From contig VGYX01000007.1 of the NCBI GenBank assembly GCA_016872835.1, positions 9,184-73,183 on the forward strand: 64,000 nt of DNA. The letters are read 5' to 3'. Every line of letters begins with the position of its first letter. The stretch's first letter is position 1. Shown here piece after piece: positions 57,548 to 64,000 of the stretch. The DNA comes from Planctomycetota bacterium (GTDB lineage Bacteria; Planctomycetota; Phycisphaerae; Phycisphaerales; SM1A02). Both the position numbers and the translations under genes were made by a program. A model generated the notes under the pieces. It did not search any database. It was not told the DNA's origin and saw nothing but the letters and a program-made list of their open reading frames with translations.

Positions 57548-58750
57548 ATGGCCAAGCACCTTTTCACGAGCGAGTCCGTCTCGATGGGCCACCCCGACAA
57601 GCTCGCCGACCAGATCAGCGACGCCGTGCTCGACGCGATGCTCGCGAAGGATCCGGCCAGCCGCGTGGCGTGCGAGACGCTGGTGACCACCGGCACCGCC
57701 GTGGTGGCGGGCGAGGTGACCACGAAGGCGCAGATCAACGTGGCGGACATCGTGCGCAGCACGGTGCTCAAGGCCGGCTACGACTGCCCCAGCAAGGGCT
57801 TCGACGGCAAGAGCTGTGGCGTGAACGTGCTCCTGGGCAAGCAGAGCCCGGACATCGCGCGCGGCGTTGGCCGCAAGAAGAAGAAGGCCCAGGGCGCCGG
57901 CGACCAAGGCATGATGTTCGGCTTCGCGTGCAACGAGACCAGCGAATACATGCCACTGCCGATCGCGCTGAGCCATGAACTGGTGAAGCGTCAGGCCAAG
58001 GTGCGCGAGAAGAACCTGTTGAAGGGACTGCGCCCCGATGCGAAGAGCCAGGTCACCGTGGAGTACGACGGCCTGAAGCCCGTGCGCGTGGTGACGGTGG
58101 TCCTGAGCACACAGCACGCCCCCGAGTGGAACGGCCCCGCAGGCCAGAAGCGCCTGAAGGCCGAGGTGATCAAGCACATCATCAAGCCGGTGCTCGGCAG
58201 GTGGTGGAGCAACGGCATCAAGGTGCACGTGAACCCCACCGGACAGTTCGAGATCGGTGGCCCACACGGCGACTGCGGCCTGACCGGCCGCAAGATCATC
58301 GTGGACACCTACGGCGGCCGCGGTCGTCACGGTGGCGGCGCCTTCAGCGGCAAGGATCCAAGCAAGGTGGATCGCAGCGCCGCCTACATGTGCCGCTACA
58401 TCGCGAAGAACATCGTGGCCGCGGGCCTGTCCGACGTGTGCGAGGTGCAGGTGAGCTACGCGATCGGCGTGGCCGAGCCGACCAGCGTGCTGGTGGACAC
58501 CCAGGGCACCGGCAAGGTGCCCGACGCCTGGCTGGCCAAGGAGGTGCGCAAGCACTTCGACCTGACGCCGGCGGGCATCATCGGCTCGCTCAAGCTTCTG
58601 AACCCGATCTACAGCCCCACCGCCACGCACGGTCACTTCGGTCGCCATCCCGGCGAGGGTGGCCCCGGCACGTTCACGTGGGAGCGCACCGACAAGGCGC
58701 CCCTGCTGAAGAAGGCTGCGGCCCGCAAGTACCCCAAGCGCGCGCGCTGA
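57548..58750 (+). CDS. metK: S-adenosylmethionine synthase
   Basis: 400 aa. Motifs are [33 protein letters not shown] and [19 protein letters not shown]. Confidence 0.95.
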   Translation: MAKHLFTSESVSMGHPDKLADQISDAVLDAMLAKDPASRVACETLVTTGTAVVAGEVTTKAQINVADIVRSTVLKAGYDCPSKGFDGKSCGVNVLLGKQSPDIARGVGRKKKKAQGAGDQGMMFGFACNETSEYMPLPIALSHELVKRQAKVREKNLLKGLRPDAKSQVTVEYDGLKPVRVVTVVLSTQHAPEWNGPAGQKRLKAEVIKHIIKPVLGRWWSNGIKVHVNPTGQFEIGGPHGDCGLTGRKIIVDTYGGRGRHGGGAFSGKDPSKVDRSAAYMCRYIAKNIVAAGLSDVCEVQVSYAIGVAEPTSVLVDTQGTGKVPDAWLAKEVRKHFDLTPAGIIGSLKLLNPIYSPTATHGHFGRHPGEGGPGTFTWERTDKAPLLKKAAARKYPKRAR

Positions 58751-58759
58751 TCGGCCCTC

Positions 58760-60130
58760 GTGAATCCAGGGCGCATCGCGGCATTCGAACGGCTCGAGGC
58801 GCACGCCGCCTCGTGGCCCAGGATCGATCCGCCCAGCGAGGAACTGCCGAGTCTCGACGCTCGCGACGCGGCGCTGGCGCGCAACATCGAGCGCCAGTCG
58901 GTGCGGCGCTGGTTCACGCTGAAGGCGGTTCTGGAGCGGCAACTGACGCGCCCCTGGTCGAAGGTCGAGGCGCCGCTGCAGGCAGCCTTGATCGGTGGCG
59001 CGGCGCAACTGCTGCTGATGGACCGCATCCCCGAGCATGCCGCGGTCGACGAGACGGTCGAATGGGCCAAGCGACGGTTGCGTGCCGGTGCGGGCGGACT
59101 CGTGAATGCGGTGCTTCGTGGCGTTTCGGGCATGCGCGAGACGCGCATGAGCCGCGAGATCTTCGCCGCGTTGGATCCCGAGGCATGCGACACGCTGCCG
59201 CTTGATGACGGCGGTGGCTGGAAGCTGGCGAAGGCCGTGTTCAGCGCCTCGCCGCCGGAACGTTTGGCGCAGAAGTCGGGGCTTCCCCTGCATCTGCTGC
59301 TTCGGTGGATCAATCGCTTCGGCATGAACGCGGCGCGTGACCTGGCCCTGCACACGCTGGCGCAGCCTCCGATCGTGGTGCATGAGCTGCCGGCCGGAAT
59401 GGAAGGAACGGAGTCGATCGCGGGCACTGACGCCGTCACCTGGACAGGCGACCATGCGCAGCTGCTCGCCGCACTGCAGGCGTACCCGGCCGCACGCGTG
59501 CAGGACCTTGCCAGCGCACGCGCCATCGAGAGCACGCGGGCGCTGCGACCCGGGATCATCGTGGACGCCTGCGCAGGTCGCGGCACGAAGTCGCTGCAGC
59601 TGGCGAAACTGCATCCGGACGCCGAGGTGGTGGCGAGCGAACCCGACGAGCGCCGTCGCGCCAGCCTTCGTGAGACCGCGGCGCGCGCCGCACGCGCGGG
59701 ACTGGGAAAGATCCGCGTGGCCGAGGGTGATGATCTGCGCGAACTGCTCGGCAAGGCGGACCTGCTGGTGCTGGATGTGCCGTGCTCGAACACCGGCGTG
59801 CTGCCGCGCCGCGTGGAGGCCGCGCACCGCATGAGTCCCGCAAGCATGGAGTCGCTGGTGAAACTGCAGCGATCGATCGCCGAGTCGCACCTGCCGCTGC
59901 TGAAGTCCGGTGGCGCCCTCCTGTACGCGACCTGCAGCCTGGAGCCCGAGGAGAACGAGCGTCAGGCCGAGTGGCTGACCGCGCGCCTGGGCCGGGTGCA
60001 GCCCACGATCGAGCGCCTGACGCCCAAGGGGCTGCCCGGCGGCGGCGCGACCTCGTACCGGGACGGGGCTTTCGTGGCCCTGTGGACCGGGGTTTCCCCG
60101 CAGGCCCGATCACAGCCTGCTTCGCGGTAG
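58760..60130 (+). CDS. rsmB: 16S rRNA (cytosine-C5)-methyltransferase, RsmB/Sun family
   Basis: 456 aa from a GTG start. An NusB-like N-terminal domain is present. The SAM-binding motif is VDACAGRGTKSLQLA, and the catalytic motifs are LDVPCSNTGVL and LLYATCSLEPEENE. Confidence 0.8.
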   Translation: MNPGRIAAFERLEAHAASWPRIDPPSEELPSLDARDAALARNIERQSVRRWFTLKAVLERQLTRPWSKVEAPLQAALIGGAAQLLLMDRIPEHAAVDETVEWAKRRLRAGAGGLVNAVLRGVSGMRETRMSREIFAALDPEACDTLPLDDGGGWKLAKAVFSASPPERLAQKSGLPLHLLLRWINRFGMNAARDLALHTLAQPPIVVHELPAGMEGTESIAGTDAVTWTGDHAQLLAALQAYPAARVQDLASARAIESTRALRPGIIVDACAGRGTKSLQLAKLHPDAEVVASEPDERRRASLRETAARAARAGLGKIRVAEGDDLRELLGKADLLVLDVPCSNTGVLPRRVEAAHRMSPASMESLVKLQRSIAESHLPLLKSGGALLYATCSLEPEENERQAEWLTARLGRVQPTIERLTPKGLPGGGATSYRDGAFVALWTGVSPQARSQPASR

Positions 60131-60159
60131 CATTGTCCGATTCCCCTGCGAGGGATCGC

Positions 60160-60621
60160 ATGAACGTCACGGACGTGCTCCAGCCCAATTGTGTGAAGGT
60201 GCCGCTCTCGGCCACCGACAAGCGTGCAGCGATCGACGAACTCGTCGACCTGCTGGCTTCGGAGGGCGCCGTCAGCGATGCGGCCGAACTGAAGGCCGCG
60301 GTCTGGCAGCGCGAGACCCAACGCAGCACGGGCATCGGCGAGGGACTGGCGATCCCCCACGGCAAGGGGCCTGCCGTGAGGCGCCTCGCCATGGCGATCG
60401 GCATGCCGGCCCAGCCCATCGTGTACGACAGCATCGATCACAAGCCGGTGAAACTGATCGTGATGCTCGTGAGCCCGCCGGACAAGGTCACCGAGCATGT
60501 GCAGGCGCTGGGTCGCCTGAGCCGCCTCATGACCGACGCGAACTTCCGTGAGAGAACCTACGCCGCACGCAGCGCCGCCGAGGTCTACGACCTCTTCCAC
60601 AAGGCCGAGAGGGCGGGCTGA
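60160..60621 (+). CDS. ptsN: PTS EIIA(Ntr) nitrogen-regulatory protein
   Basis: 153 aa. [22 protein letters not shown] carries the phospho-His motif, followed by [28 protein letters not shown]. Confidence 0.8.
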   Translation: MNVTDVLQPNCVKVPLSATDKRAAIDELVDLLASEGAVSDAAELKAAVWQRETQRSTGIGEGLAIPHGKGPAVRRLAMAIGMPAQPIVYDSIDHKPVKLIVMLVSPPDKVTEHVQALGRLSRLMTDANFRERTYAARSAAEVYDLFHKAERAG

Positions 60622-60626
60622 CGCGC

Positions 60627-61535
60627 ATGCCGAGGGATCCGTACGAGGTCCTGGGCGTGGCCCGCTCGGCGACCACGGAGCAGGTGCGCGAGGCGCACCG
60701 CAAGCTCGCGAAGAAGTTCCACCCCGATCTGAACAAGACGCCCGAGGCCGCAGCGAAGTTCAAGGAGATCCAGGAGGCGTACGACCTGCTCTCCGACGCG
60801 CAGAAGCGCGCGCAGTTCGACCAGCACGGTCATGCGGGGCCGTCGATGGGTGGCGGCCCCGGCGGCGGATTCGGTGGTTTCGGTGGCGGCGGCACATGGG
60901 GCAACGTGGATCCCTCGACCTTCCAGGAGATCTTCGGCGACTTCATGGGCGGCGGCGGACGGCGCGGTGGTGCGCGGCGCGGGCCGAGCGCCGGTGGTGA
61001 TCTGGAGAGCGAGATCACCGTGGATTTCATGACCGCGGCCGTGGGCGGCGTGCGGCACGTGAGCGTGAACGACGGTCACGAGACGCTGAGTCTGGATGTC
61101 CGCATTCCTGCGGGCATCGAGACCGGCGGAACGCTGCGTGTGCGCGGCAAGGGTTCGCCCGGAGGCGGCGGCGGACCCGCGGGCGACCTGGTGCTTCACA
61201 TCACTGTGGCGCCGCATCCATGGTTCCGGCGCGAGGGTCTGGACATCCTGGTCGACGTGCCGATCTCGATCGCCGAGTGCGCCTTGGGAACGACCGTGCA
61301 GGTGCCGCTGCTTGAGGGCACCGCAAGCCTGCGCGTGCCGCCCGGCACCGGAAGTGGCAAGCGTCTGCGACTGAAGGGCAAGGGCGTGCAGGCGAAGGCC
61401 GGTGCGGGCGACCTGTACGCGGTGATCCGCGTGGAGGCGCCGAAGTCCATGTCCGAAGAGGACCGCGCGGCGCTGGAACGCATGAAGTCGAACGAGGGCG
61501 ATCCGCGCGCCGACGCGCCATGGAATGCGCGCTGA
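60627..61535 (+). CDS. J-domain co-chaperone lacking the zinc-finger domain (CbpA/DnaJ class II-like)
   Basis: 302 aa. The J-domain is [34 protein letters not shown], followed by a G/F-rich linker and DnaJ C-terminal beta domains. No CxxCxGxG repeats are present. Confidence 0.82.
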   Translation: MPRDPYEVLGVARSATTEQVREAHRKLAKKFHPDLNKTPEAAAKFKEIQEAYDLLSDAQKRAQFDQHGHAGPSMGGGPGGGFGGFGGGGTWGNVDPSTFQEIFGDFMGGGGRRGGARRGPSAGGDLESEITVDFMTAAVGGVRHVSVNDGHETLSLDVRIPAGIETGGTLRVRGKGSPGGGGGPAGDLVLHITVAPHPWFRREGLDILVDVPISIAECALGTTVQVPLLEGTASLRVPPGTGSGKRLRLKGKGVQAKAGAGDLYAVIRVEAPKSMSEEDRAALERMKSNEGDPRADAPWNAR

Positions 61536-61537
61536 AC

Positions 61538-62094
61538 TTAGCGCACCATCGCCGACGACTCGCCCACCTTCCGCAGGCTCACGACATCCGGCAGGTTCCT
61601 GAACCAGCCGTCGTAGTCCAGGCCATAGCCCGCCACGAAGAGGTCGGGAATGTCGAAGCCCACGAATTCGCAGGCCGTGGACATCGCCGCAGGAATGCGC
61701 TTGCGCAGGAGCACGCAGGTACGCACGCTGGCGGCCCCGCGATCGAGCATGTCCTTGCGGAGGAAGGTGAGCGTGCGGCCGCTATCCAGGATGTCGTCGA
61801 CCAGCAGCACGTGCCGGCCCTGAACCGTCGGCATGACGCCCTCGATGCGCGGCCCCTGCGACGTGGTGCCTCCACCGTAGCTGCGCACGGTGGCAACGTC
61901 CACGCGCAGGCGATTCGGCATTCGCCGCACAAGGTCTGCGGCGAACACGAACGCGCCGGTCATCACCGGCACGATCACGATGCCCTCGGCGCCTCCGCCA
62001 TAGGCCTCGACGATCTCCTGCGCGAGCGCAGGCATGCGCGCGGCGATCGCCTCGGCGGGCACGACGACTTCGGCAGGTTCATAGGTCAGCATGG

Positions 62095-62098
<4 letters not shown>
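61538..62098 (-). CDS. hpt: Hypoxanthine(-guanine) phosphoribosyltransferase
   Basis: 186 aa. The PRPP-binding motif is HVLLVDDILDSGRTL. The ATG overlaps the gatB stop (ATGA). Confidence 0.88.
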
Positions 62099-63609
<1,511 letters not shown>

Positions 63610-63632
63610 GGATGGATCATAAAGTGCCGGGG

Positions 63633-64000
63633 ATGAGTGCGTCCCGACTTGCCATGGCCATGCTCCTGACGCTCGGTGTTGGCTGCGCGAGCACTTCGGA
63701 GTCGCCGGCCCAGGAGGCCGCGTCTCCGTCGCCGCCGCAGCAGGCGGCCGTGACCAAGTCTGCCCCACGCGGCGCTTCCTCGAAGGGACGCGTGCTTCGC
63801 ACGAAGGAATCGGTGCTCGCCCCCGAGGACACGAACGCGCGCATGCGCTCGGATGCGCCCGTGACCGCCGCCTCGGACATGCCGAGCGAGGCGCCCTCGA
63901 CACCGCCGGAGTCCGTCACGCCCTCGACACCTCCCTCGCCGCCGCCGATCCAGCCGGTCACAAGCCCGATGCTGGTGCCGGTGCGCACCCTGTGCCGCCC
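63633..64000 (+). CDS. Putative lipoprotein, N-terminal fragment running out of the window
   Basis: ATG 63633 gives MSASRLAMAMLLTLGVGCASTSESPAQE.. (signal plus a lipobox-like LGVGC), followed by a Pro/Ser-rich linker. The frame stays open to the window end. It is absent from the ORF track, presumably because no stop is reached. Confidence 0.45.
   Translation, partial: MSASRLAMAMLLTLGVGCASTSESPAQEAASPSPPQQAAVTKSAPRGASSKGRVLRTKESVLAPEDTNARMRSDAPVTAASDMPSEAPSTPPESVTPSTPPSPPPIQPVTSPMLVPVRTLCR

Noticed and set aside
57401-59890. 829-aa ORF on the minus strand
   Set aside because: It is antisense to metK and rsmB, both unambiguous from motifs. It is the same high-GC artefact.

Overview
GC-rich bacterial chromosomal segment with strong GC3 bias. 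Genes are densely packed and often translationally coupled through ATGA/GTGA/TGATG overlaps. I infer a Planctomycetota (Phycisphaerae-like) origin from three things: a DUF1559-type prepilin-like protein, an Alternative Complex III + caa3 oxidase supercluster, and secreted proteins with dockerin/EF-hand-like or PEP-CTERM-like tails. This is inference only, since no rRNA is present. Most of the window is housekeeping: cysD/cysNC, tmRNA, sthA, a DUF1015-serA-serC operon, clpS, ctaA/ctaB, a roughly 14.4 kb actABCDEF-SCO-ctaCDE-coxIV respiratory cluster, tatD/tatC/tadA, truD, metK, rsmB, ptsN, hpt and gatB. The accessory-looking block is about 9.7-24.4 kb. It holds a stand-alone sigma region-4 mini-protein, four secreted proteins that share a Cys-flanked double EF-hand (dockerin-like) tail, a pseudopilin-like gene, and a MacA/ABC/FtsX/TolC efflux operon. 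Three of the four secreted proteins are large tandem paralogues with a 10-Cys module. A second candidate unit at 48.05-51.4 kb is a translationally coupled operon: EIIA(Ntr)-like, PII-like, then two CPA2-like membrane proteins. Other oddities are a 52-bp hairpin-bearing tandem repeat abutting the tmRNA 3' end, long low-complexity insertions in Cox3 and TatC, an N-terminally extended CtaA, DUF3179 coupled to ctaB, and divergent gene pairs whose start codons lie 6-23 bp apart. I found no CRISPR array, IS element, integrase, prophage or recognisable defence genes. All family assignments come from motif recognition by eye; no database search was run.
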